A DNA stretch of 63,829 nt, counting the filler, from Octopus bimaculoides (lineage: Eukaryota): NCBI RefSeq assembly GCF_001194135.2. It is 3 parts of 3 records of this genome, joined end to end, with 100 filler letters (N's around TTAATTAATTAA, not from the genome) between each part and the next. Parts side by side here need not be neighbours in the genome. Positions count along the whole stretch, not along the records: positions 1 to 30,260 come from NC_068997.1; 2 more parts are not named here. One strand, 5' to 3'. The notes under the pieces were generated by a model. It saw nothing but the letters and a program-made list of their open reading frames with translations, did not search any database and was not told the origin of the DNA. The position numbers and the translations under genes were made by a program. This document shows, piece after piece, positions 1 to 13,575 of the stretch. How positions within the stretch are numbered: position 1 is the stretch's first letter; the number at the start of each line of letters is the position of its first letter.

Positions 1-34
<34 letters not shown>

Positions 35-437
35 GCGCGTGCATGCACATATGGTGGAATTTATCACAAAGCTATGACATGTAATAAAAGTAAGAGATCG
101 TGGAGAAAATATATGCATTGATGCAAGAAAAACAGGAATAATTTATTAGTTTCACCACAGAGCTTCAATTTTTGTGTGGTCGGCAAATTGTAAAGTATTC
201 CGTTTAAAGGAAGCCATAATTCACAGTGGAATTATGTATGCTACTTGCAGATACGGCACTTACGTACATCATGCACAGAAATAAACGCATTGAGACTTAA
301 TTAGACACGTATACACATACAACTATATAGATAAGAATATATCTTATCTATCTATCTATGTGTGGGTGTGTATATACATACATGCATATATACACACACA
401 CACGCATATATATGCGTCTGTGTATATGTATGTACGT

Positions 438-517
<80 letters not shown>

Positions 518-1012
518 TATTGAAATTATTGAAGAATGATTCCATCAACAATGCTATTCCCTTTGCTTTCTTCAAAAGTTCAGAAGTAAAGAAACCAGAT
601 CAGTAAAGCCATTAGCAAACCGATTATAACAACAACATAAAATGGAAAGAATGAATACATTGCATTATTATCATGACAATAAAAATATAAGGCTACTGAT
701 TTTCAGGCACTATGAGTCAATTGTTTCATAATTATAAACAATCTGTTGACTCTTTAGCTACTTTATCCACCACCACTAGGTTTAGCATTGTTCTTGTAAC
801 GGTGTGTACTACTATAATGACGTATACACACATATGCATACCATCCCCCCCATACATATTAGAAATAGCACTACTCGACGCTATAACGACTGCTAAAATG
901 ATAGTAACAATATATACATATGCAGAAATAATTTCATTTTCAAACGCAGGATAATGCTAATAACATAGCATAAACAGAACCTATCCATATTTTGCAGAAA
1001 AAAATTGGAGGC

Positions 1013-1084
1013 GGTCAACCATGAGACTCGAACTCACATCCCTGTGATTACGTGTTAAGTGGCTTACCATTAAGCTAAATTGCC
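1013..1084 (-). pseudogene. tRNA-like sequence (degenerate, possibly Thr-CGT derived) or orphan SINE head
   Basis: The minus strand gives an acceptor stem GGCAATT/GGTTGAC (1 mismatch), D-arm GCTT-AATGGT-AAGC and T-arm GTGAG-TTCGAGT-CTCAT. The anticodon stem does not pair. A T7 run (plus-strand A7 at 998-1004) follows, like a Pol III terminator. Confidence 0.5.
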
Positions 1085-1244
1085 CGAACTTCAAATTCTC
1101 CTTCGAATTTAGGATATATAAATCTAGCTTTATAAGACGCTATCTTACGTTAAATTCAACTTACGTTGAAAGGCAATAAAGTTTGCCTCAGAAACGTTGA
1201 AATGTATTGAAAAATACAAATAATAATAATAATAACAAGAACAT

Positions 1245-1400
1245 CAGCAAAAAATACCTTAGGAATGAGAACCCAGAGTTGAGTTCAAAATTCTACCAGG
1301 ACACCTGATGAAGAGTGGAGAGTAAATCAGCTGAAACGTTGTGGTAACAAACAAGATGAGGACACATAGCCGTCCAAAGTAAACAATGTAAGTGTATAAA
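1245..1400 (+). mobile_element. Short Penelope/retrozyme-like repeat with eroded type I hammerhead motif (1300-1345)
   Basis: ACAC-CTGATGA-(eroded helix II)-GAAAC-GTT-GTGG. Clearly homologous to the tandem repeat at 58192-58425 (shared CCTTAGGAATGAGAACCCAG). Confidence 0.65.
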
Positions 1401-1469
1401 ATAAAAATTGATCATATTAATGGTTACGTGAATTGTTGCAAAATCATAATGTATATTTTAAAAACTAGA

Positions 1470-2075
1470 GGTGAAGAATGAAAACCTCAAAAAAAACCTC
1501 AACTATTTTTAGGTTTGCCTCAATTTCTCTGTGAACTAGTGTAATACCTTTAGAAGAGGGATGTTTCCACTGCATAGACTGTATCTTTCTTTCTGGATCA
1601 TAGTAATGAATTTGACACTCATCCTGGCTTAGAAAACATTCAAAGAAACTAGTTAGATCTGCCTCAAACAATATCACACTTTCCTTTGATGTGATCAAAC
1701 TGGTGCGCGTTTGATCGGACATCAGAAGACGTAGCACTCACCGAGCAGATACCGTCATTTCAAATTCATTGTGCAGAATATTCTCACAGGAAATGCTAGT
1801 AGCATTGGCTATTTGATTTATAGTCAATCACCTGTCATCCACCAGGATGTGGTGAACACGATATTTTTCTCGGTGGTGGCGGTTGCGGGACGTCCAGATA
1901 TTGGGTCATCTTCAAGTCACTCCTAAAATTAACTGCCCTCTTTTGCACTGTTGATAAAGCTGGATCTTCATCCCCTTAATGTAGTAACCATGTCAGCGTA
2001 AATGTTCTTGATGGCTAAAATCGTTTTTGACAGGTATTTGTTAACACTACGGTGCCAATTTTTCAAACTGTTTTC
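1470..2075 (-). mobile_element. Mariner transposase remnant, N-terminal half (pseudogene)
   Basis: The minus strand translates with stops and frameshifts to KNWHRSVNKYL..KNIYADM, LEDDPISGRPATATTE and DECQIHYYDPERKIQSMQWKHPSS, matching the mariner HTH and the first catalytic D region. Confidence 0.85.
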
Positions 2076-2089
2076 AAACTTATGGCCGT

Positions 2090-2865
2090 CCTAGTAAAGG
2101 CACTGTTAATAATGCGAAGAATTGGAATCACAAATATTTTGTTTGGTATTTGTGCTCATTGCTCTTTAATGGCTCTCTTTAATGCATCGACTTTTGCCGT
2201 TTTGTACCTTAAAGTGTATATCATAACTATCTCCAGAAAAGAGTCTAGCGATGTGAGTCCTTTTGAATCATTGTGATGCCAGTTTGACACCGCAAGTCAC
2301 AGTACCTTCAAAAGAATGGTGCAAATAATTCGATTGATTATAAGCCGCACCGTACTGTAATATCTGGTAAATTAACATGATGTTTGTCAGTAATATATGG
2401 AATCTCAGGTCCCCAGTAAGTGAAATTGTGAGGGATAGTTGAGCCATTAATATAACTTTAGCCTCAACATTCCAGATAATCAAAGTGTGCCTCTTCAACA
2501 CAACTTGTCAGTTCATCAACACTTCAGATTGCATCTTTCTTCATTGAGAGCACGTACTATTCTTGGAATAGACCCTGTGCAAAATGTAGACGTTAATTTT
2601 GAAATGTCTATTTCCCCGATTCCTTACCAAACAACTTTTCTTAAACTCTGGTAAAACATTTCTAGTATTCTTTGATTCGTGGGTCTCGTCGATGTACACA
2701 GTTTTCCAGAACACATCTTGTGAATATTCTGAAGACATATCCATCTGCTTGTAAGTTATCCCTAATTTGAGTGATGGTAAGTTGCCTTGGTGGATAACTG
2801 AAATTCCTTCCTAAATTGTTTTTGTACTTCAAGTGCATTTTCAAACTCCCTGTAGCACTGTATGG
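2090..2865 (-). mobile_element. Second Tc1/mariner-superfamily transposase remnant (DD37D/Tc3-like lineage), heavily decayed
   Basis: Fragments [39 protein letters not shown] (QDGAPAH-like), SKGLTSLDSFL (SPDLTPLDFFL-like) and DALKRAIKEQ*AQIP occur in the expected order. Confidence 0.7.
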
Positions 2866-3984
2866 TAAATTTCTTTGGGTTCAAATTTAGTTGGGTCCCT
2901 TCTTTATTATGTGTTCAATCTAAAGAGAAATATAGCTCGATTCATCTGTGTTAAACTGTGTATACATTTTGGGGGAGTGGATGTCGAATGTAGATGCATA
3001 AATACATATGCATACACACACATTTATTAGTGACTGCGTGATTGTGAGACGAGTAACAAAATACGCATAAATATTCTACGACGTAAGCGGAATATAATAG
3101 GTTATTTACAAAATCAGTGCACTATTGTGGTAGAAGACTGGAAGAGAAGAAAGTTTACATTTATTGACGAATTTTATTGAATTACATTGAATATCATTGA
3201 TATTTCTATTCACTGGTAGAGTATTATCAGTAATATTAATGTGAATTCTCTTTTGACAACATTAAACAAGTGTCGTAATTCACTTCATCATATCGGACTT
3301 TATCGATCGACATTTATATTTGACCTTATGTCTGCGTTTTCTGCTGAAATGCTGACAAGAATATTCTAAATTTTGGAGTCATCATGGAGTTTGGTAAAAT
3401 ACATTGACAAAACCTCTTTGGAATCTCTTTTCACTGAAAATATTCTTTGACATAGATTTCTATGATATTTTTCTACATTACTCATCATTTTTTTATGACA
3501 TTTAGTGGTTTATTCATTTCTAATAAACGAACATTGTTTTTTTTTTTTTTTAAAAAAAAGCAAATGCAATGTAAGAAGAATATGACTGCGAAATATACAG
3601 ATTATTTTCCTTCTGAATGATTTATATCAAAATAGAATTGTAGATTGGGTTTATGAGGATGGGAAAAGTGTTGGAATTTGATAATATCCTATTTGAATTT
3701 TATTGTATTGGGATGTGCGACCTGCGGCTTATGTGTGAATTAGGTTGAGCTTGCGATGGTGATATCCATACTAGTAGTAGTGATGGTGTTGATACTGAAA
3801 GGATAACGTAGTTGACTGTATTGATGTGGCTGCTGTTGTGGGTGGTATTTGTGTATTTGTTCTCAAAGGCGTCTCCATCCTGCTGATCATACCTGCCGAC
3901 TTTTGCCATTTAGGGTTTTCGTCGTCACCCACAACACAGGACAAGTCCGACCGATTCGAACACAGAAGTGTATGTCATTGTTTT

Positions 3985-4140
3985 GTATAAAACCCACTTC
4001 AGTACAGAAAATAGTATTATTTGGCACAGCTAGGATACTTAGGAGGGTTGTTCGCATCTAAGGTTACTTGTTGTAGCCTGATGTTAGAATTTTTTCTCTT
4101 CCAGCAGTCTAATCTGTGGTGTGTATATGAATAATAATAA
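3985..4140 (+). mobile_element. 3' end of R4/Dong-like (RLE) non-LTR retrotransposon
   Basis: QKIVLFGTARILRRVVRI* matches the conserved C-terminal QKxALLGTARILR motif. A short 3' UTR and (AAT)n tail follow. Same motif type as 16530-16570. Confidence 0.7.
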
Positions 4141-4235
4141 TCCTTTCTGCTATAGGTAGAAGGCCTTAAATTTTGGTGGAGGAGACTAACTGATGAGAGC
4201 AACCGCAGTGTTTCACTGGCACCTAATATTGACTG
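4141..4235 (-). mobile_element. SINE 3' fragment (family of 60097-60295)
   Basis: TCCTTTCTGCTATAGGTAGAAGGCCTTAAATTTTGG is the reverse complement of the 3' end seen at about 60260-60290. Confidence 0.55.
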
Positions 4236-4369
4236 GATATACACTTTTGGTAGATGCTGAATAGACAAAAGAACGTTTCAAATAGTGTAGATATGGATAG
4301 ACAGTACCTAGGTGTCCTCTAGGTAGATCAACATTGCATATTTATAAATACATACATGCATGCATGCAA

Positions 4370-4420
<51 letters not shown>

Positions 4421-4646
4421 GGCTTTACACAGAAGCAAGCATTACAAGCACAAGTAAGCCACAATGTATGGTTATCAAGATGATAAACAAAGTTTTAATA
4501 CTTATTCATCAAACCAAAAGTTCACAATGTAGATAAATGTAGAGATTGTGAAATTTCATTTCAGAACTGAGACGTCTCTAAATGCTCAGAATTAATCAGA
4601 CGAGGGGAACACAATGTAAAAGTTATTTTCTCTTCTATATTGATGT

Positions 4647-4695
<49 letters not shown>

Positions 4696-5156
4696 ACCTG
4701 AAAAGCCACCCGTTACAGAATGATTAACGAGTTGTCTACTCAATCGAACAGAAACATTGGATGTTAAAGTAATTTTTATTTCTTGCTTCGTTTTAAAAAC
4801 TTTCCTCATTATTTAAAACTATGAAACAATGGAAATAAAGAGGTGACATGCTGTACTTCATTTCTTTCTTACTCATTCTGACCGTCTTTTTTTTTTCTTT
4901 CCTTCATTTTTCTTTCTCTATCTTTCTTGGTATTCTTTTTCCTTCTAATTGATGTTGTTGATGTCCGTTTTTCTTATTACCACACCAGCAGCCCCAGCGC
5001 CGCCGCCACCGTCGCGACCTTATTATTATTATTCATTTATACTTAATTATTCAAACTTTTTCATCATTGTTACAAACAGAGATTCTTTCCTCGAATATTG
5101 CAATTCTCACGCCTACTATAACTCACCTCGTCCTCTTTCTTAGTCTTATCATCTTA

Positions 5157-5220
5157 ACTACTACTACTACTACTGCTACTACTACTACTACTGCTACTAC
5201 TACTACTACTGCTACTACTA
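5157..5220. repeat. (ACT)n microsatellite followed by a CAT-rich low-complexity tract
   Basis: Directly visible; explains the poly-Thr/His ORF 5067-5420. Confidence 0.95.
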
Positions 5221-5540
5221 GTCTCTTTGTTCAAAATCATCATCGCCTTAATCATTATCTGCTAGGTCGTCGTCACCACCATCACCGTCATCATTACCAT
5301 CCCCATCATATTCCACCATATCATCATAGTAGAGGTCGTCGTCATCGCCATCATCAAAAACCTCCATGTTTTCTCTCTCTTGAATCTTCATTATTCATTA
5401 AATGTTGCTGGTGCATTTAGTTGACTAACAAAGATAGAGAGGAAAACAATGGTTACGTCAGTAAGTTTGTTGGTGTAACGTTTACAAATTTATAGAAAGA
5501 CGTCAATACATGAATATGTGTATCTATCATCTATATATAT

Positions 5541-5578
<38 letters not shown>

Positions 5579-8500
5579 AGAGGATAATTAGACTGAACCT
5601 GATAAAATAAAGATACAGAAGGAAAATACACGGTTGTTTATAAATCCATGTATATGTGTGTATGTATAAACATGTATGTACATATATACGTGTATGTAAG
5701 TCCATATATCTACAAATGCATATACACATACGTATTATTCAATACTTTTCCTGTCAGAGAATTCGAAGAGTCACCAGAGGTTGGTCACCTCAAGTTGTGC
5801 ATTCAACTCACTTTGTGCCGTTTATACACATTGCTATTTGTTATGTATGGAAGGTACTCGAAAGGAGCTGTCGGTGGTTCTAGTGCTGAAAATTATAAAA
5901 CCTACAACTCATCTTTAGTTAATCTAGAAAGAATGATTTCCTTTTATTCATTCCTTTCTTTTTTCCTCGTTTTTCTTATCCCCCATTCACTAACACACAC
6001 ACTCCACAAAACGTATACACACTCTAGCTATCTGCCTGTATATTCCTAATAGCAAACAAACAAACAAACAAAAAAAAAATCCAAAATATCAAACGTTATT
6101 AGTCTTGAGGCATCCACGATAATAAATTTCTTTTTTTTATGACATTTGACATTTTCTACAGTCATTCACACAGTCATACGTGTCTACAGTCTACAGTCAT
6201 GTGTATATTCAGATCGATAAAAAAAGAATCCAAGATTCGGAGATATTTTCTTTCTGGTGGAAAAAAGAATTTATTAGCCTACTTTGGTTCATAAAGCATT
6301 GTCTGACTAACAAGACCAATGTTAAGAAGAGCTGTTACATTTGAAGGGTTTATTGATAACTATGTGCTTTATTTGCGATGTACCTCACTTCATTTTTCTG
6401 CCTTTAATGCGGTTCTCTTCAAAAAGACACGAGTGGATTGAGCATGTATTCTTCTCCGTAATATCCTCCCTATTACAATTACATCCCAAATTTCTACACG
6501 GACATAAACTTTTAGAGAATGTTTTAAATCCGACTCTAAAAAGTGTTAACACGGATTTCTAAGGGAATCTTTTCTGAGAAGATAATTCTCCATAAATCTT
6601 TGAAATTATTTCATCTTCCCTACAGACTAGCCTAGTCTGTTTTGTAACATGAAATATCCTGTTTGCGAATGTTTAATTTCAAGATTCCAATATCACTCCT
6701 ATATTATCTTCAACTAAAACACCGTTTAAACTTTGTTTGAATATAGTGTTATTACAATTTCATAATCAAGATTGACATTCTTGCCATAGGAACATTTTGC
6801 TTTCCATTGCAGGAAGATAAAGAATAACAGTTTTACTAGGATTTTGTGTGAGGCCTGACACAAAATAGGCCAAAAGTTCGAATATCTGTGGTATAGAATA
6901 AAGTGATTTATACAGAAGTGTATGTAGGGAATAGCCTCAGGGCAATTTTGGAAAGCGATTAAAAATATCTATTGTAAGGTTTATCTCAAAGCAAGAGGAG
7001 TTATATTACTGTTTTACACAATCAGTCATTGGAAATAAATCTCAACATACTATCGATTACACCTCTTGAGAGGTTTTTCTAATATTCATAAAATGATCAA
7101 GTCTTTACCAAAAATTGTCCCCAACTCATTCAATGAATCAATAATAGAAATCAAGTTCCTATCGAATGTATCTGATGGGCAGAAAAACCTGACAGATTCG
7201 GGAAAAGGAGATTTTTCAAAGGGATATTAATAATACGTTACGGGACGCCCAGACGTATCGGAGACTACTCCTCTCCTCAGTACCTGGTCATTGTTTAGCA
7301 AGATGAGGCCACAAATGGGTCCAGAAAAAAGGACAACAATGCATGTATTATCTCCTATTTCAGTCCCTGAGACAAGGTTAAGTTACCCCGGGCCAGTTGC
7401 TCAATAGTTTTCCTCGTGCATTTGTTGAACTACAACAGACCTTGACTTGCAACAATTCTGGTAACTCAATTGTCAGACAGAAGTAAAATATACGAAAACC
7501 AAAATTCAGATTTTTTCCTATTTCTTCGCCTCTCTCAATTACTTTTTGCTTGTTCTGCAATTCCACTACAATACTCGCCATAATCGTTTGACCAAAGTAA
7601 TGGAGTTTGCCAAATGATAAAAAATTAAAATAAATCTTACAGATGTAACAGCAAAACAAAAGCATAAGAAATATAAAAAGAGCAAGTAAACATAAAAGTC
7701 CTTTTTCTTCAAATTATAATCAACAAACGCATTATCTTAGTCTTTATTTCTTTCAAAAGCCATCAATGTATCTGATATATTGTCTTCTTTACACTTGTTT
7801 CTTTGTTCCTTTTCGTGATTTTCTTTGAAGTTTTGCTTTCTGTCTGAGAGTGTTATAGTTTTTTTCCCCTTTTTACATATTCCCAAGAGACTATCAATTA
7901 TAGTTGAACTGGACAGACAAGAGCGAGTTCAACATATTTTGACAACTTTCCAACAGATACCTACCAGATTTAAAGAATCTAAAACTGATCTATCAATCTA
8001 ACACAAATCTTTCTATGTCTGTCTGAACTCTCTCTTTCTCTCTATGTTTATATAAAACTATGTGACTACTCCCTAGAATAATACAGATTACAAATTACAC
8101 TGACAATCACATACATATATACACATGCATACAAACGCGCGCCCAACGCACATGCATGCACACACACACACATAACGATGTAATTGTTCGTTGAGGCAGA
8201 ATTATAAATGTGGGACTCAATGCTATTTTGTAACTAAGATAGAATATATCCATTCACCTTTGACATGCTAAAACATGTTTTGCTGTTGAAGCGATCAGCC
8301 AAATGCAAAACAGAATTTCGTTCATTCAGCAATGATAAATATTTTATAAGATATTCGTGTAATTTGTTGCCGTGTTAAAGGCAACAGATTGAACTGTAAC
8401 AAAGAAACCTAGGTCTGTCACAAGAGTTTGGATCCAAACAGTAACATAAGTGTTACACGCAGAGCTTTAGAAAATTTCGCATATTATTACTGTTGTCTTC

Positions 8501-8639
8501 GCCAGTCATTTTCCCAGATAATCACATAAGTTTTCACTTATGTAATTGTCACAATTATTACTTGTATAAATGGGAATTTATAATGACGATCAAAAAGGTT
8601 CAAGTTTCTTAAAGACTATTGGATTTTACTCACAAGGTA

Positions 8640-8870
8640 TTGGAATCTTATATGTATATCATTCTGCCTGTACAATGGATTTGCAAATACAATATCCCTG
8701 CATTCACTCTCTATTTCCTATCTTGTCTAAACTGACTACTGCTTAACCATCCTCTTACACCGTCTCCGATGAAGGGATATAATAAATATCCTGGAAACAG
8801 CTATAACACCTATTTATAAATGTTCTATAATGTACACACCCTTAGTTTTTTTTATCTCATTACGAAAAGT
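8640..8870 (+). mobile_element. Penelope-related short repeat with degenerate hammerhead motif (8760-8808)
   Basis: TCT-CCGATGA-A-GGGATAT-AATAA-ATATCCT-G-GAAACAGCTATA. Helix II has 7 bp. The core has U4C, and the palindromic helix III (ACAGCTGT expected) reads ACAGCTAT. Confidence 0.5.
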
Positions 8871-9653
8871 AAATCCTTACATACATACATACAAACATAC
8901 TACTACTACTACTACTAGTGTTCGTGAACAAAACAAACGAAGCTATGCAAAACTATTGCCAACTTCGCTATTCGCTCACATCCTCTCTACTCCTCATAAT
9001 ACAAACAGTTAAAACTCTGAGAATAGAAAATCTTTTCAAATTTAATGACATTTGACGATTGTTATTGAAATAGCAACACCAGGCATTGAGTTTTAACTCT
9101 CGCTTTACGTCAAAACACTTTTACATCAAAACAATTGATTGTGACCATTTCGTAAACATTAATAAAACTCACAATTTTATAATAAAGATTTGTCTTAAGA
9201 ATGTCTTCAACAATTTTAACAGTTCTAGACGAAAGATAAAGAGAAAATGCACAAAGTTTCGATAGCCATTTTGCCAAAATGGTAGATTTCAAGTCAAAAT
9301 TTAGAAACACCTTTAAGCAACTTAATTGTAGTAGTACTAAAGATATATGCAATGTCGATGGTGTTTTTATTTTATATATTTTGTTGATGTTGTTGCCATA
9401 TATCCCAAAATTAGTTCTGACTGAGTAGATTTATGATCAAGATATTATAGAGGTCACAATACAGCTTCTTTTCGAGTAGTAGCGTGTATTCTGACAGAAA
9501 TTTGGCTGTTCTCCTGACAACTTTAAAGGCTACATGACTTTCCGTCGCTGGTTGGATTGATATATAAATGCTTTAGTGGTAGATTTTGCCGCTCAATGGC
9601 GAGGTGTCATAAAGTATTAAATTGGACAACAGATTGAGTATATCCTTCAGGAA

Positions 9654-9825
9654 TACGAAGGAATGCGAAAGGCCTGGCTGGGGTCCCAAACTTCCGAGCT
9701 CTTTTACAGAGCTTAGAAGAACTGAAGGACCGTTGGAATAAGTGTGCGAATTTGAGAGGGGAATAAACTGATCCTACTGTATTTTCTTTTATCCAAAGCC
9801 AGGAACTTTTCAGTAGCCCCTCGTA
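9654..9825 (+). mobile_element. Mariner-derived MITE with most of the left TIR deleted
   Basis: Homologous to 61199-61411. Right TIR AAAGCCAGGAACTTTTCAGTAGCCCCTCG+TA at 9795-9825. Retains transposase C-terminal codons (LEELKDRWNKCANLRGE*). Confidence 0.8.
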
Positions 9826-11501
9826 GGTATAGTCTTTCCTACAGGCTCTCTTTTTCATGTGATCTAGAGAAACACTGTACAGATACACTAAACGACTTAC
9901 GTAATTTTGTGTTACTTGACACGTAAAATATTCCATATATGGACACAGAACTTTTCGTAGTCATAAATCGTGTATCTTTAGCTACAAATCACAGTCAATT
10001 ACGATAAAATAATGGATCAGCTACGCATGTCATTTCGGTATAATTTTTGTATTCACAAGACATTACAGAATCAGTTCCATGAGAGTTACTGGCACATGTT
10101 TTATTATGTGAGTTATTCGATTTAGGGTCTTTATGAAAGAAACTAGTAATGGCTAGAAGCGGATCAAACCTGACGTGGGACAAAGCAACAATAGAAAGTT
10201 GGACTTACATAATTCCGTTTTGGTTGATTAATCTTTGGTTTCATATGTTTGTCACAACGTTCTCAACTTGGAAACTGACCACCCTGTATTTCAGAAATTC
10301 TTTTTATTCAGCTACTTTTTTACGATCAGAAGATATATCATTGTTTAGGGTGTTTTATATTAATTTTATTTGTAATATCATCTACGTCAGTTTTAATAAC
10401 TGTGCTTCATTAATCTTGTCCAAAACATTTGATAAAGAAATCTCGTCAGTTTCCTTTTAAGATACAAAGAAGCATAAGTGACGTCGAATGGTATCTTCTA
10501 AGACTCTAAGCGCATTCTTCCAAACACTTCAATCGTATCTTTAAAAGAATATCTGGGTACTGTATTGAATCAGAATACATACTATTTCTATCTCATTCAT
10601 TTACGAGTACATGGCAAGGAGACGATATAGAAATATATGTTTGAAAAAATTGTTATTTAGAAAGAATGTGGAGTAAGATTAAAAATGAATTTAAAGATTT
10701 CACATTGTCAATTTAGAGTTGTGTGAAACATTTTAGTGAGAAAATGTTGCAACAATTCAAGCACGCCGCTGGTCCTCTAATTCGAACTCCTCACGAGTTT
10801 GAGGATTTCATTTCAAGATATATCTCACAAATATACTGCAATGTGTTGTTAGTGTTTACATTAGCCTCTACCATAAAAAGGATTAAAACCTAGTTACTTC
10901 GTTAAGAATATTAAATAAATCAAATCAAATTTAGATTTAGTAATATGATAAACCAACAAACGGTAACAAACATTAACTACCAAGCAGAATCTCCTGAAAG
11001 GTCTTCGTTTAGACACTAAGGGTGAATTAATGTGACAAAATAGTGCAGAGATAAATTCAATGACGTCTGAAAAATATTTAAAATTAGTTAAATTTGGTTC
11101 CGATTGACTACTTTGCTCAATGTTTGTCCATATGTATTGGGAGGGAAAGTAGACGGTGCGTTTTTGTTTCATTATGACAAAAGACAAATAAATAAAATCT
11201 ATGTTCAATAAATATTTTATTTTCCTAGCAACAAAGCATTTTCAATAGTTTGATAGATTCTAGCCTTTTTAGTCCTAACCACAAAACAAAAGATCGACGT
11301 AAAAAAGAAATTAATAGAAAACCAAAAGAAAATGAAATATAATGGCTTATTATAGGTGTTTTGTTGATGACGACATTGTCGTAGATTGGGGAACAGAGAG
11401 AGCGTCATCACTGTCAACATTGATGACGCTGTGAGTGGTTGTAAGTTGAGGCTTCACAATCACACAGACAACCGACCAACACCGTCCTATGCATTACAAT
11501 G

Positions 11502-11541
<40 letters not shown>

Positions 11542-12500
11542 ATTCTTTCTTTATCGGCCACCAGGACCGAACACAAAACATAGAGGACAATATACAGAGA
11601 CGAGAGACAGTGCAGTGAAACGTGTGAACAGCCAATAAACACAACGATTAACAAAGTGATTAAAATCAACAATATGCTTCCCCAATGGGTGGGGAAGTTC
11701 CACCGTAAGGTGACCTCACACACTTTGGGCCCCTTAACATCAACGGCTCCTTAGGAAGGCACCATTTCTTCTTTCGTTCCAGTCTTCAAACGTACACTTA
11801 GAGTAGGCCCATTCACGCGTTCAACAAACCGCGACCATACCTGCCCACCGTTAAGGAATAGCTGGAGATGTTGCAACCTCAGCGCATGTCTGCGCATCAT
11901 CAGCCGCGGCATGCCCAGTCTTCCACGCAATGGGTGCTGACAGCAAATGGACCATCTGACAAGCGGAAGACCTGACTCTTCCACAGGAAGCGGAAGACCA
12001 AACGCACCAGCTCGTTGAGCCACGACAGTCAGTCAGTAGTACATTTCTGGGTGAGGCTACTTACCCTGTCTGTCACCTCGCCCCCTTTCTTGTCCACTTA
12101 CGTTGGGAAGAGAGTGACTTCCTCGGTGCGACGCGTGGTCACCGAGTTCTGTATCGCCTGCTCCTCGGTCGTACTGCCTCGCTCCCACAAATGTGATGGG
12201 TATCTTGCAAATATGTCTTTCAAGGCTTTTTCTAACTTGTCGCGTTTAGCATTTTTGAGCTTCCTCGTCTTTGTGTTTACACACTTGTAGACGACTCTTC
12301 GCTGTTGCTTCGAGCACGTTGTTTGGAGGTCTCAGTTCTGCACTCCTTCCATTCATTTTCTTAAATTCTGCTGCTTTGTTTAGTTTTTCTAACCCATTCT
12401 TTAGCTGCCGTGATATTTGCGAAAGTTTCTTTCCGGTCACTAATTCTATTTTTCTTAGACTATTCGGAGTCGCTTCAACATTGTTTTGTGTGCTATTACA
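11502..12500 (-). mobile_element. L1/Tx1-like LINE copy with two large internal deletions (ORF1 N-terminus, short ORF2 piece, 3' UTR, (TAG)n tail)
   Basis: 11830-12020 aligns to 58770-58940 (VRWSICCQHPLRGRLGMP) and 11545-11815 aligns to 59675-59950. The 12030-12440 segment reads AELRPPNNVLE..RRVVYKCVNTKTRKL..EEVTLFPT, recognised as ORF1-like. Confidence 0.75.
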
Positions 12501-12519
12501 ATTTCCATTTAATGACGAA

Positions 12520-12690
12520 GACTTTACTCCTTCCTCTCGCTTTCTTTCTGCTTTTCAAAGAGTCCTAACTCATTCCACTTTGCTTTCATTCCTTGTCGGA
12601 ATCCCCTTCTGCGGGGTTGATTCCTTATCCAGCTTTCAATTACTGTTCGGTTTGCCTCCTTACTTTTTCTAATTAGGTTATGATATTTCT
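12520..12690 (-). mobile_element. Possible N-terminal piece of an R4/Dong-like LINE ORF
   Basis: NRTVIESWIRNQPRRRGFRQGMKAKWNELGLFE resembles the N-terminal MECWxRSEPxxRGYRKRMxxIW motif of such ORFs. Recognised from memory only. Confidence 0.4.
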
Positions 12691-13441
12691 CAATTTGTGT
12701 TCCACCCTAGTAAAATACGGTTGTTACAAATTTAATGGCGTCTGCGACCATACTATTTCGTTTTGCTCCAGTAGTTATTGCTAGTCTTTATGGAGAAATC
12801 ACATAAGACTGCAATTGTCATCGTCACAGTCATTGGCCCGAGGTCATGCTGTTCGGTAATTTCAATCTAGAAACATGTAGAACATCCCAAAGCACACTTT
12901 TACTCAATCATTCATGCCTGCGTTTATTCTATTTATGTTCTAGCTTATTGCATTCGTTATGAATAAACAGTAATCACGCTAACAGCCAGTAACAATGAAG
13001 AAATTACCAGACAAATCTCTCTTAAATTACTCTTTAGCCAAGTGAATATAGAAGGTCATTCTGGGAAGGTAATTCTTGATGTGCAATATCTGATGGCAAA
13101 ATAAAATGTATAGTTATGGATGGGTCAGTACTGATCTATGTGTAACAACAACAACAACAACAACAAAAGGTGGAATGTGACATAATACTACAGCCACAAG
13201 GCAAATCTTGACTTAAATAAAGACACACAAGAGGGAGAGAGTGTCGATCAGTCACTGAATCAATAGACTAAACACTTTTGATAAAGTACAAAATATACAG
13301 ACTTTAGATTAGAAACCACATCACTGCAGAAAATTAATGTTTGATATCGTCATGTTTTCACTACTATAAACATGCTACAATACTTTGCACTAACACACGC
13401 ACAAACATATAATATTACACACAGAACAATTACCCCCCTCC

Positions 13442-13477
<36 letters not shown>

Positions 13478-13529
13478 TCATGTGGTGGTATGCGTATATT
13501 AATATATACGCATATACATNNNNNNNNNN

Positions 13530-13575
<46 letters not shown>

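Noticed and set aside
3880-3965. Possible HDV-like ribozyme on the minus strand (GGGT..ACCCTAAATGGC)
   Set aside because: P1/P2/P3 could not be assembled consistently.
5758-5853. 96-nt AG/GT-bounded segment open in all three frames (possible exon)
   Set aside because: One frame (EFEESPEVGHLK..YGRYSKGAVGG) loosely resembles mariner LEDEPRSGRP..GMRKLSARWVP, so a decayed transposase is at least as likely; the donor site is weak.
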